From IMG/VR virus record IMGVR_UViG_2565956714_000003: a stretch of 32,066 bases of DNA; one strand, given 5' to 3'. The position numbers were made by a program, and so were the translations under genes. Origin of the DNA: a virus. Taxonomy: Duplodnaviria; Heunggongvirae; Uroviricota; Caudoviricetes. Below are positions 1 to 7,932 of this stretch, one piece after another (within the stretch, counting starts at the first letter, position 1; each line of letters opens with the position of its first letter). The notes beneath the pieces are model-generated. The model was not told the origin of the DNA, searched no databases, and saw only the letters and a program-made list of their open reading frames with translations.

Positions 1-1164
1 TTACGCCTTCTTTATATCCTCCATAATTCCAGAGTGGGACATATTTGGGACATTATCACCAAAAATGTCGTCTATTTTCCTCGCATGCTCTGTCAAATGA
101 TTAGGCGCAAGGTGAGCATACCTACGAACCATTTCTATGGACTCCCATCCGCCCATTTCCTGAAGCACTGATAATGGGACGCCTGACTGAATCAGCCAGC
201 TTGCCCAGGTGTGTCTGAGGTCATGGAAACGGAAATCTTCAATTCCTGCACGACGACAAGCTGATAGCCATGATGTCTTGCTGTCGATGCGCATCTTCCT
301 GACCGCAGGCGTTAATGTTCCATCTGCTCGCTTAGCCGCCTTGGTATGTACAAACACCCATTTGTGATGCTTGCCTATTTGATCACGCAACACTTTACAG
401 GCGGTATCGTTCAGCGCCACACCAATGGCGCGGTTTGATTTGCTCTCTTCTGGATTCACCCAGGCAACTCGTCGCTGCATGTCGATTTGTTGCCATTCCA
501 GATTTATGATGTTCGACTTTCTCAGACCAGTTGCCAGCGCAAACTTGACGACAGATTTCAGTGGTTCGGGGCACTCATCAATAAGGCGTTTTGCTTCCTC
601 CTTTTCCAGCCATCTGACTCGCTTGTTTCTGACCGCTGGTATCTTGATGACAGGCGCTTTTTCCAGCCACTTCCAGTCGCGTTCTGCAGCACGGAGAATG
701 GCCTTTATCATGGCAAGATGCTTTGCCTTTGTCTGAGTTGATACTGGCTTTGGTTCATAAACAGGCGGTTCTTTACCTTTCCTGATGGCGGCCTGAACTT
801 TCTGTTTCCATATTTCTTTCGTCTTTCTGTTATGCATTCTGCTTACAGCAGAGTAAATCTTTGCCTCCGAGATATCTTTAAGCCTTATACCCTCAAAATG
901 TTCAAGCCAGAACTCAATCCGGCTTTTATCTGAATCGAGAGATTTTTTATCAGCTTTTTCCTCAAGCCATCTTAGGCAGGCCTCTTCAAAAGTGACATCA
1001 GGTAAATCCCCTAGCTTTTCTACTCGCCAGAGTTCTGCTTTTCGCTTGTCGTGCAACTCCTGAGCTTGCCGCTTGTCCTTTGTGCCAAGAGATTCCTTAA
1101 TTCGTTTCCCGCCCGGGAGCGAATACGAGGCATACCATATTTCATTTCTGCGGAAGAGTGACAT
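1..1164 (-). CDS. int: Phage integrase, tyrosine recombinase (P22/DLP12 IntD type)
   Basis: 387-aa ORF; C-terminal HDLRHT...RRYAHL catalytic motifs (H-x-x-R, Y); RBS GAGGAAAG before ATG at 1164; stop codon at 1..3. Confidence 0.93.
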   Translation of the reverse strand: MSLFRRNEIWYASYSLPGGKRIKESLGTKDKRQAQELHDKRKAELWRVEKLGDLPDVTFEEACLRWLEEKADKKSLDSDKSRIEFWLEHFEGIRLKDISEAKIYSAVSRMHNRKTKEIWKQKVQAAIRKGKEPPVYEPKPVSTQTKAKHLAMIKAILRAAERDWKWLEKAPVIKIPAVRNKRVRWLEKEEAKRLIDECPEPLKSVVKFALATGLRKSNIINLEWQQIDMQRRVAWVNPEESKSNRAIGVALNDTACKVLRDQIGKHHKWVFVHTKAAKRADGTLTPAVRKMRIDSKTSWLSACRRAGIEDFRFHDLRHTWASWLIQSGVPLSVLQEMGGWESIEMVRRYAHLAPNHLTEHARKIDDIFGDNVPNMSHSGIMEDIKKA

Positions 1165-1391
1165 TTTCTTTCCTCTGTTATGCCATCACCCGCGCTCACC
1201 TGGACAGTATGCAGCGGAGACTGAAGCGCCGCAATGCAGGCTTGCCGTGTTGTGAGGTAAGGAGATTTTGGCTTGGTTGGATCTTTACGTGTTGCCTGTA
1301 GGCGGCCTGTTCGTATCCAGTTGGTGGCGGTTGGTCTGGATATCTTAAGAAACTGACAGGCCTCATCGAGTGTGAGGCTGTATGATTCCAT
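1020..1391 (-). CDS. xis: Excisionase (AlpA/P22 Xis-like HTH protein)
   Basis: ORF starting [31 protein letters not shown] (helix-turn-helix excisionase signature) directly upstream of int; RBS GAGGT; C-terminal part overlaps int start in another frame. Confidence 0.65.
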   Translation of the reverse strand: MESYSLTLDEACQFLKISRPTATNWIRTGRLQATRKDPTKPKSPYLTTRQACIAALQSPLHTVQVSAGDGITEERKCHSSAEMKYGMPRIRSRAGNELRNLLAQRTSGKLRSCTTSEKQNSGE

Positions 1392-1641
1392 GGTTACCTC
1401 TGCTTTTTGAACGCATGTCACGTAACTTCTTAATGTGTTCTGCCGTTTCGATCTCTTCTGCTATCCGATCTGCATCAGCTTTATTCACAGGTTCAAAGTC
1501 ATGATTAAAGCGGAACATGCTGGCGATACATGTTCTGCCTTTTCGGATGTAGTGAACTTTGTTGTGGGTAGAACGCAGGATTTTGCAGGGAGTGCCGTGG
1601 TGGTCGACGTACCAGGTGTTAGGAAAAATGATTCTGAACAT
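1363..1641 (-). CDS. Hypothetical small phage protein (92 aa)
   Basis: ORF with RBS GAGGTG 5 nt before ATG at 1641; same strand as the int/xis operon; function not recognised. Confidence 0.5.
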   Translation of the reverse strand: MFRIIFPNTWYVDHHGTPCKILRSTHNKVHYIRKGRTCIASMFRFNHDFEPVNKADADRIAEEIETAEHIKKLRDMRSKSRGNHGIIQPHTR

Positions 1642-1688
1642 TTTTACACCTCAGTTGGACGATGTTGAAATTTGCTGCTTTGAGGCCA

Positions 1689-1907
1689 TCACAGTCCCCA
1701 TTGTTTGTTCTTAAGTTCGATCTCCTCCTGGCAACTCGCACAAGTTCGACAACCCTGAACAGCCAGGCGTCTTCGCTCATCTATCGGATCGCCACACTCA
1801 CAACAATGAGTTGCGGATACAGTCTGGTAGTTCAGACGACGCATTTTTATTGCTGTATTGCGCTGTAATTCTTCGATTTCTGATGCTGAATCAATGATGT
1901 CTGCCAT
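1689..1907 (-). CDS. TraR/DksA-family C4 zinc-finger protein (72 aa)
   Basis: Cys pattern C-x2-C-x17-C-x2-C (CECGDPIDERRRLAVQGCRTCASC) in a small ORF typical of phage TraR-like proteins. Confidence 0.75.
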   Translation of the reverse strand: MADIIDSASEIEELQRNTAIKMRRLNYQTVSATHCCECGDPIDERRRLAVQGCRTCASCQEEIELKNKQWGL

Positions 1908-1955
1908 CTTTCATTAATCCCTGAATTGTTGGTTAATACGCTTGAGGGTAAATGC

Positions 1956-1985
1956 GAATAATAAAAAAGGAGCCTGTAGCTCCCT
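1956..1985 (-). terminator. Rho-independent terminator-like hairpin downstream of orf61 on the minus strand
   Basis: Stem GGAGC/GCTCC (1969..1973 / 1979..1983), 5-nt loop, followed on the minus strand by a U-run (plus strand AATAATAAAAAA 1957..1968). Confidence 0.5.
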
Positions 1986-2005
1986 GATGATTTTGCTTTT
2001 CATGT

Positions 2006-2221
2006 TCACCGTTCCTTAAAGACGCCGTTCAACATGCCGATCGCCAGGCTTAAATGAGTCGGTGTGAATCCCATCAGCGTTACCGTTTCGCGGTGCTTCT
2101 TTAGTACGCTACGGCAAATGTCATCGACGTTTTTATCCGGAAAATGCTGTCTGGCTTTTTTGATTTCAGAATTAGCCTGACGGGCAATGCTGCGAAGGGC
2201 GTTTTCTTGCTGAGGTGTCAT
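2006..2221 (-). CDS. Lambda orf61-like hypothetical protein
   Basis: ORF MTPQQENALRSIARQANSEIKK... at the position lambda orf61 holds relative to orf63/orf60a/exo; start assigned to the internal Met at 2221, with an alternative upstream start at 2287. Confidence 0.6.
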   Translation of the reverse strand: MTPQQENALRSIARQANSEIKKARQHFPDKNVDDICRSVLKKHRETVTLMGFTPTHLSLAIGMLNGVFKER

Positions 2222-2297
2222 TGAACAAGCCCCATGTCGGCAAGCATAAGCACACAGAATATGAAGCCCGCTGCCAGAAAAATGCATTCAGTGGTTG

Positions 2298-2489
2298 TCA
2301 TACCTGGTCTCTCTCATCTGCTTCTGCTTTCGCCACCATCATTTCCAGCTTTTGTGAAAGGGATGTGGCTAACGTATGAAATTCTTCGTCTGTTTCTACT
2401 GGTATTGGCACAAACCTGACTCCAATTTGAGCAAGGCTATGTGCCATCTCAATACTCCTTCTTAACTCAACAGGAGATGCTTTGTGCAT
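2298..2489 (-). CDS. Lambda orf63-like protein
   Basis: 63-aa [44 protein letters not shown]..., recognised as lambda orf63. Confidence 0.8.
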   Translation of the reverse strand: MHKASPVELRRSIEMAHSLAQIGVRFVPIPVETDEEFHTLATSLSQKLEMMVAKAEADERDQV

Positions 2490-2650
2490 ACCGCCTCCCG
2501 TTTATTATTTATCTTCTCAGCCAGCCGCTGTGCTTTCAGGGGATTTCTGATAACAGAAAGGCCGGGAAATACCCAGCCTCGCTTTGTAACGGAGTAGACG
2601 AAAGTGATCGCGCCTACCCGGATATTATCGTGAGGATGCGTCATCGCCAT
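2462..2650 (-). CDS. Lambda orf60a-like protein
   Basis: 62-aa [41 protein letters not shown]..., recognised as lambda orf60a; sits immediately downstream of exo, overlapping the exo stop. Confidence 0.75.
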   Translation of the reverse strand: MAMTHPHDNIRVGAITFVYSVTKRGWVFPGLSVIRNPLKAQRLAEKINNKREAVCTKHLLLS

Positions 2651-3321
2651 TGCTCCCCAAATACAAAACCAATTTCAGCCAGTGCCTCGTCCATTTTTTC
2701 GATGAACTCCGGCACCATCTCGTCAAAACTCGCCATGTACTTTTCATTCCGCTCAATCACGACATAATGCAGGCCTTCACGCTTCATGCGCGGGTCATAG
2801 TTGGCAAAGTACCAGGCATCTTTTCGCGTCACCCACATGCTGTACTGCACCTGGGCCATGTAAGCCGATTTTATTGCCTCGAAACCACCGAGCCGGAATT
2901 TCATGAAATCCCGGGAGGTAAACGGGCATTTCAGTTCAAGGCCGTTGCCGTCACTGCATAAACCATCGGGAGAGCAGGCGGTGCGCATACTTTCGTCGCG
3001 ATAGATGATCGGGGATTCAGTAATATTCACGCCGGAAGTGAATTCAAACAGGGTTCTGGCGTCGTTCTCGTACTGTTTTCCCCAGGCCAGCGCCTTAGCA
3101 TTAACTTCCGGAGCCACACCGGTGCAAACCTCAGCCAGCAGGGTGTGGAAGTAGGACATTTTCATGTCAGGCCACTTCTTTCCTGAGCGGGGCTTTGCTA
3201 TCACGTTGTGAACTTCTGAAGCGGTGATGACGCCGAGCCGTAATTTGTGCCATGCATCATCCCCCTGTTCGACAGCTCTCACGTCGATCCCGGTACGCTG
3301 CAGGATAATGTCCGGTATCAT
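2641..3321 (-). CDS. exo: Lambda exonuclease (Red alpha)
   Basis: 226-aa ORF near-identical to lambda Exo ([54 protein letters not shown]...). Confidence 0.97.
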   Translation of the reverse strand: MIPDIILQRTGIDVRAVEQGDDAWHKLRLGVITASEVHNVIAKPRSGKKWPDMKMSYFHTLLAEVCTGVAPEVNAKALAWGKQYENDARTLFEFTSGVNITESPIIYRDESMRTACSPDGLCSDGNGLELKCPFTSRDFMKFRLGGFEAIKSAYMAQVQYSMWVTRKDAWYFANYDPRMKREGLHYVVIERNEKYMASFDEMVPEFIEKMDEALAEIGFVFGEQWR

Positions 3322-4103
3322 GCTGCCACCTTCTGCTCAGTGGCTTTCTGTTTCAGGAATCCAAGAGCTTTCACTGCTTCGGCCTGTGTCAGTTCTGACG
3401 ATGCGCGAATGTCGCGGCGAAATATCTGGGAACAGAGCGGCAATAAGTCGTCATCCCATGTTTTATCCAGGGCGATCAGCAGAGTGTTAATCTCCTGCAT
3501 GGTTTCATCGTTAACCGGAGTGATGTCGCGTTCTGGCTGACGTTCTGCAGTGTATGCAGTATTTTCGACAATGCGCTCGGCTTCATCCTTGTCATAGATA
3601 CCAGCAAATCCGAAGGCCAGACGGGCACACTGAATCATGGCTTTATGCCGTAACATCCGTTTGGGATGCGACTGCCACGGCCCCGTGATTTCTCTGCCTT
3701 CGCGGGTTTTGAATGGTTCGCGGCGGCATTCATCCATCCATTCGGTAACGCAGATCGGATGATTACGGTCCTTGCGGTAAATCCGGCATGTACAGGATTC
3801 ATTGTCCTGCTCAAAGTCCATGCCATCAAACTGCTGGTTTTCATTGATGATGCGGGACCAGCCATCAACGCCCACCACCGGAACAATGCCGTTCTGCTTA
3901 TCAGGGAAGGCGTAAATTTCTTTCGTCCACGGATTAAGGCCGTACTGGTTGGCGACGATCAGCAATGCGATGAACTGCGCATCGCTGGTATCACCTTTAA
4001 ATGCCGTCTGGCGAAGAGTGGTGATCAGTTCCTGTGGGTCGACAGAATCCATGCCGACACGTTCAGCCAGCTTCCCTGCCAGCGTTGCGAGTGCTGTACT
4101 CAT
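3318..4103 (-). CDS. bet: Lambda Bet (Red beta) single-strand annealing protein
   Basis: 261-aa ORF near-identical to lambda Bet ([38 protein letters not shown]...); ATGA overlap with exo. Confidence 0.97.
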   Translation of the reverse strand: MSTALATLAGKLAERVGMDSVDPQELITTLRQTAFKGDTSDAQFIALLIVANQYGLNPWTKEIYAFPDKQNGIVPVVGVDGWSRIINENQQFDGMDFEQDNESCTCRIYRKDRNHPICVTEWMDECRREPFKTREGREITGPWQSHPKRMLRHKAMIQCARLAFGFAGIYDKDEAERIVENTAYTAERQPERDITPVNDETMQEINTLLIALDKTWDDDLLPLCSQIFRRDIRASSELTQAEAVKALGFLKQKATEQKVAA

Positions 4104-4108
4104 CCGTT

Positions 4109-4405
4109 TTATACCTCTGAATCAATATCAACCTGGTGGTGAGCAATGGTTTCAACCATGTACCGGATGTGTTCTGCCATGCGCTCCTGAAACTCAACAT
4201 CGTCATCAAACGCACGGGTAATGGCTTTTTTGCTGGCCCCGTGGCGTTGCAAATGATCGATGCATAGCGATTCAAACAGGTGCTGGGGCAGGCCTTTTTC
4301 AATGTCGTCTGCCAGTTCTGCCTCTTTCTCTTCACGGGCGATCTGCTGGTAGTAACGCGCCCAGCTCTGAGCCTCAAGACGATCCTGAATGTAATAAGCG
4401 TTCAT
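4109..4405 (-). CDS. gam: Lambda Gam (RecBCD inhibitor), 98-aa form
   Basis: [37 protein letters not shown]... matches lambda Gam; RBS CAGGAG; an in-frame stop lies upstream, so only the short form is encoded. Confidence 0.95.
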   Translation of the reverse strand: MNAYYIQDRLEAQSWARYYQQIAREEKEAELADDIEKGLPQHLFESLCIDHLQRHGASKKAITRAFDDDVEFQERMAEHIRYMVETIAHHQVDIDSEV

Positions 4406-4480
4406 GGCTGAACTCCTGAAAATGGCTGTGAAAATATCGCCCGCGAAATGCCAGGCTGATTAGGAAAACAGGAAAGGGGA

Positions 4481-4687
4481 TTAGCGATTCAGGCCGTTAC
4501 CGCGTCCGTCGAGAAAAACTTCCACGAGCAAATCACGGGTATAAGTGCGCTCGATGCCGCGATGCAGATAAAGCCGTCCGCGTAAATTAGCTGATGCAGT
4601 CCAGGTACCATCTTTGTGTTTGACCAGCATTCCTGGCATGACCGCGCCGCGATTAACGGTCTGCGTTCCGTAATGTTGATGAACCAT
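4481..4687 (-). CDS. Hypothetical early protein (68 aa) at the kil/cIII position of the leftward operon
   Basis: [32 protein letters not shown]... with strong RBS AGGAG 7 nt before ATG at 4687; the ORF track extends it to 4771 (96 aa) with a weaker start. Confidence 0.5.
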   Translation of the reverse strand: MVHQHYGTQTVNRGAVMPGMLVKHKDGTWTASANLRGRLYLHRGIERTYTRDLLVEVFLDGRGNGLNR

Positions 4688-4959
4688 AAAAACTCCTGCC
4701 CGTAAGCTGGGCTGCTGAACATATAGAGACTTCTGCGCGTATTCAGGCGGTGGATGGCCGCCGGTTGTCATAACTAAGCCGCCTCGTTGAAGCGACTAAG
4801 GTATGAAATGTTGAGTTGATTTCAGCTGGTCACACCGACGTTCACGCGTCCGTTTCACCCCTCGCACTCCCCGAAGCCTGCTGAAATTCAAACTGCGGAT
4901 CTAAGCGGTCATCGCAACGGTGAATCAGGTGGTTGCCGTATCGTTGTGTTGTTGCGATG

Positions 4960-5045
4960 AACTTATTTAAAACTATAGTTGTTTTACCGTCAACAACAAA
5001 AGTTGTTTTATTGGTTGTTTTAGATATAACTGGTTGTATTTAGGA
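4960..5045 (-). promoter_or_regulatory. Candidate OL/pL operator-promoter region for the leftward early operon
   Basis: Cluster of the operator heptamer shared with OR: AACAAC-AAAA-GTTGTT palindrome 4992..5007, TGGTTGT at 5012..5018 and 5031..5037, plus palindrome AACTATAGTT 4971..4980. Confidence 0.5.
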
Positions 5046-5131
5046 TGGATTTATTTTGTGACTTGAATCGCATAGCGATAACTGAAGCGAGGTTATGGTG
5101 GTTTTTTTAACGGTGTGTGTGATGAGGGGAG

Positions 5132-5161
5132 GGCAAAAGAAAACCCGGCACGGTGACCGGG
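5132..5161 (-). terminator. Rho-independent terminator-like hairpin downstream of cI
   Basis: Stem CCCGG/CCGGG (5144..5148 / 5157..5161) with 8-nt loop, followed on the minus strand by UUUUCUUUUG (plus strand CAAAAGAAAA 5134..5143). Confidence 0.5.
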
Positions 5162-5282
5162 ATTCTTACGCCGTTAGGTAAAGATATTATTGCGGTGGCT
5201 TAATATTACTACCTAGAGCAAAGATAGGAATTAGTTCTTTACTGAATGAGCACAATGCCCAGTTGATAATTTTTAATTGGTA

Positions 5283-5972
5283 CTACCCATGCTTCCTATA
5301 TGTCTGCGGCATGCTCCCAATAACCTTACCGAAGATGAACACCCGGTTCATCTCGTCTTTCTCGATCGGGTCCCACGGTGAGTAGCTTTTGTTATCAGAG
5401 ATGACCAGCAGCTTATCCTTCATCATTTGCAGGCGCTTTACATGGGCTGTGTCGTCGTACAGAAACGCATAGATACCATCACCGTCGAAAGATTTAACTG
5501 TGATATCAACGAACAGCAGATCACCTGGTTCGATCGTTCCTGACATGCTGTCACCACGCACGTTAATGATGCGGATATTTTCCGCCTTCCTACCATCGAA
5601 CATATGACGAGCATCGTCAAACGAGTACTCAACCGAGCGTAGAACTTCTACAAACTCACGGTTGATGACTCCCGGCCCAGCACTGACTTCTATATCAAGA
5701 ACGTCAATCTTGAAGTATTTGGAATGGCTGACAGTTGATTGTATTGGTTGCACTGTACTGTCTGACATATTTCCAACGCCAGAAGATAACCATTCTGCGC
5801 GCACACCCAAAGCGTTCGCGATCTCCACGATTTTAGTTGTTTGATTAGCTTTCCCTGTTTCGATTTTCTGAATAGCAGCTTGGCTAACCCCGACCAAATC
5901 CCCAAGCGCCTTTTGTGTAAGGCCTCGCGCTAATCTGGCTTCTTTAAGTCTTTCTGAGAGTGTTGTTTTCAT
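5283..5972 (-). CDS. cI: CI-type prophage repressor (HTH_XRE N-domain, LexA/S24 peptidase-like C-domain)
   Basis: ORF with HTH LTQKALGDLVGVSQAAIQKIETG, an Ala-Gly (SAGPG) candidate autocleavage site, and GDSM...VKRL Ser-Lys dyad motifs; divergent from cro; start assigned to Met at 5972, while the track ORF reads through the operators to 6038. Confidence 0.85.
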   Translation of the reverse strand: MKTTLSERLKEARLARGLTQKALGDLVGVSQAAIQKIETGKANQTTKIVEIANALGVRAEWLSSGVGNMSDSTVQPIQSTVSHSKYFKIDVLDIEVSAGPGVINREFVEVLRSVEYSFDDARHMFDGRKAENIRIINVRGDSMSGTIEPGDLLFVDITVKSFDGDGIYAFLYDDTAHVKRLQMMKDKLLVISDNKSYSPWDPIEKDEMNRVFIFGKVIGSMPQTYRKHG

Positions 5973-6076
5973 AGTCCAAATGTACAACCAAGGTTTTATT
6001 TCATCAAACGAAAATGGTTGTTGACTAAAAACAACCATAGTTTTAATCTTGATTCAAATTAACCACGGAGGTTGTT
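5973..6076. promoter_or_regulatory. OR operator / divergent promoter region between cI and cro
   Basis: Heptamer ACAACCA at 5984..5990 and 6031..6037, TGGTTGT at 6016..6022; perfect inverted repeat ATGGTTGTT-N7-AACAACCAT (6014..6038) overlapping a TTGACT -35-like hexamer (6021..6026) with TTTAAT -10-like hexamer at 6042..6047. Confidence 0.7.
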
Positions 6077-6307
6077 ATGAACCCAGCTATCAAAACAGCG
6101 ATCAATATCGTTGGTTCACAAAAGAAACTGGGCGCTGCTTGCGAAGTTTCACAGCAGGCCGTCTATAAGTGGCTTCACAACAAAGCAAAGGTATCCCCTG
6201 AACATGTCGGCAGCATTGTTACGGCTACTGGTGGAGTAGTGAAGGCATACCAGATTCGCCCGGATCTTCCGAAGTTGTTTCCACACACCGAAAAGAACGC
6301 AGCTTAA
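6077..6307 (+). CDS. cro: Cro-like repressor (YdaS-family small HTH protein)
   Basis: 76-aa ORF divergent from cI; RBS GGAGG; HTH-like segment KKLGAACEVSQQAVYKWL. Confidence 0.8.
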   Translation: MNPAIKTAINIVGSQKKLGAACEVSQQAVYKWLHNKAKVSPEHVGSIVTATGGVVKAYQIRPDLPKLFPHTEKNAA

Positions 6308-6319
6308 ATTTCCATTTCA

Positions 6320-6332
6320 CGCTCTTTAACAA
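6320..6332 (+). promoter_or_regulatory. boxA-like antitermination motif downstream of cro
   Basis: CGCTCTTTAACAA matches the boxA consensus (lambda CGCTCTTA; rrn-type TGCTCTTTAACAA) at the position nutR occupies in lambda; no obvious boxB hairpin follows. Confidence 0.45.
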
Positions 6333-6376
6333 TAAGCAATCAACTTAACAGTCAATTCAAACTAAAGGAGTCAATT

Positions 6377-6916
6377 ATGCAACCACTTACATACCAACAG
6401 ACTAGCGGATTTAGCCCGACTGCGGTGATAAATCGTTCTCAAACAAAACAGGTGCCAGGCCACGAAAAAATCCGTGATGCCGTCCGCGCTTGGTCGGCTG
6501 AAGATAATCAGGATGTCGTTGCCACACTCATTGTGAATGAGTATCGGGAGCAGGGCGGCGGCACCATCGATTTCCCTGATGATGTCAGCCGTGCACGCCA
6601 GAAGCTGTTCCGCTTCCTCGATAACAAATTCGATTCTGAAAAATACCGAAATAACGTGCGTGAACTGACCCCGGCAATTCTGGCGGTACTACCGCTGGAA
6701 TATCGCGGTTACCTGGTTGAGCAGGATAGCTTCATGGCTAGGTTGGCTGAAATGGAAAAGGAACTCAGTGAGGCAAAACAGGCTGTCATTCTCAACGCAC
6801 CACGCCACCAGAAACTGAAGGAAATTAGTGAAGGTATTGTGTCGATGTTTCGTGTGGACCCAGATCTGGCTGGTCCATTGATGGCGATGGTTACTACCAT
6901 GCTGGGGGCGATATGA
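6377..6916 (+). CDS. CII-position regulatory protein, YdaT-like (179 aa)
   Basis: ORF with RBS AAGGAG between cro and O; motifs EYREQGGG and LTPAILAVLPLEYR resemble Rac YdaT as I remember it. Confidence 0.55.
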   Translation: MQPLTYQQTSGFSPTAVINRSQTKQVPGHEKIRDAVRAWSAEDNQDVVATLIVNEYREQGGGTIDFPDDVSRARQKLFRFLDNKFDSEKYRNNVRELTPAILAVLPLEYRGYLVEQDSFMARLAEMEKELSEAKQAVILNAPRHQKLKEISEGIVSMFRVDPDLAGPLMAMVTTMLGAI

Positions 6917-7002
6917 CAGGTTCAGAAATGGCGAAAGCCGGTCTGCTGGAACAGAACCGACTTTCAGGTGCAAATCGTAACACACTCATTGCGGGAGGAA
7001 TT

Positions 7003-7932
7003 ATGGCAAACACTGCTGAGATATTCAATTTTCCAGTGCCGGATGCGGCACAAAAGGAGCCGCGCGTGGCAGATCTCGATGATGGTTATACGCGCATTGC
7101 AAATGAGTTGCTGGAAGCTGTGATGCTGGCCGGATTAACACAGCACCAGCTTCTGGTCTTCCTGGCTGTCATGCGCAAAACATATGGCTTTAATAAAAAA
7201 CTGGATTGGGTGAGCAACGAGCAACTTTCCGAGTTGACCGGGATATTGCCGCACAAGTGTTCTGCTGCAAAAAGTGTTCTGGTAAAGCGTGGGATTTTTA
7301 TTCAGAGCGGGCGGAATATCGGCATTAATAATGTGGTCAGTGAATGGTCAACATTACCCGAATCAGGTAAGAAAAATAAAGTTTACCTGAAAGAGGTAAA
7401 TTTACCTGAATCAGGTAAGAAAAGTTTACCCAAATCAGGTAAAGGCACTTACCCGAATCAGGTAAACACAAAAGACAAACTAACAAAAGACAATATAAAA
7501 CCTTATTCGTCCGAGAATTCTGGCGAATACTCTGACCAGCCAGAAAACGACCTTCCTGTGGTGAAACCGGATGCTGCGATTCAGAGCGGCAGCAAGTGGG
7601 GGACAGCAGAAGACCTGACCGCCGCAGAGTGGATGTTTGACATGGTGAAGACCATCGCGCCATCAGCCAGAAAACCGAATTTTGCAGGGTGGGCTAACGA
7701 TATCCGCCTGATGCGTGAACGTGACGGACGTAACCACCGCGACATGTGCGTGCTGTTCCGCTGGGCATGCCAGGACAACTTCTGGTCCGGTAACGTGCTA
7801 AGTCCGGCCAAACTCCGTGACAAGTGGACCCAACTCGAAATCAACCGTAACAAGCAACAGGCTGGAGTGACAGCCGGAAAATCAAAACTGGACCTGACAA
7901 ACACTGACTGGATTTATGGGGTGGATTTATGA
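7003..7932 (+). CDS. O: Replication initiator O (non-lambda N-terminal iteron-binding domain, lambda-type C-terminal domain)
   Basis: C-terminal ~100 aa near-identical to lambda O (...WMFDMVKTIAPSARKPNFAGWANDIRLMRERDGRNHRDMCVLFRWACQDNFW...); N-terminal half differs from lambda O; RBS GGGAGG before ATG 7003; the track ORF starts upstream at 6913. Confidence 0.9.
   Translation: MANTAEIFNFPVPDAAQKEPRVADLDDGYTRIANELLEAVMLAGLTQHQLLVFLAVMRKTYGFNKKLDWVSNEQLSELTGILPHKCSAAKSVLVKRGIFIQSGRNIGINNVVSEWSTLPESGKKNKVYLKEVNLPESGKKSLPKSGKGTYPNQVNTKDKLTKDNIKPYSSENSGEYSDQPENDLPVVKPDAAIQSGSKWGTAEDLTAAEWMFDMVKTIAPSARKPNFAGWANDIRLMRERDGRNHRDMCVLFRWACQDNFWSGNVLSPAKLRDKWTQLEINRNKQQAGVTAGKSKLDLTNTDWIYGVDL
7354..7465. 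repeat. Replication origin iterons (five ~17-bp repeats) inside the O coding region, followed by an A-rich segment
   Basis: TTACCCGAATCAGGTAA (7354..7370), TTACCTGAAAGAGGTAA (7383..7399), TTACCTGAATCAGGTAA (7402..7418), TTACCCAAATCAGGTAA (7426..7442), TTACCCGAATCAGGTAA (7449..7465); each has an internal TTACC...GGTAA dyad; A-rich stretch 7466..7510. Confidence 0.85.

Noticed and set aside
4489-4722. 77-aa ORF in an alternative minus-strand frame overlapping the 68-aa early ORF
   Set aside because: No RBS; the overlapping frame has a near-consensus RBS and is preferred
4481-4771. Possibility that the first leftward ORF is an N-type antiterminator
   Set aside because: No arginine-rich N-terminal motif and no recognisable nut site (boxA plus boxB) between the OL region and the ORF
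7354-7465. Tandem short repeats that could be mistaken for a CRISPR array or a repetitive protein motif
   Set aside because: Five copies inside the O coding sequence with variable spacing and no unique spacers or cas genes; this fits origin iterons
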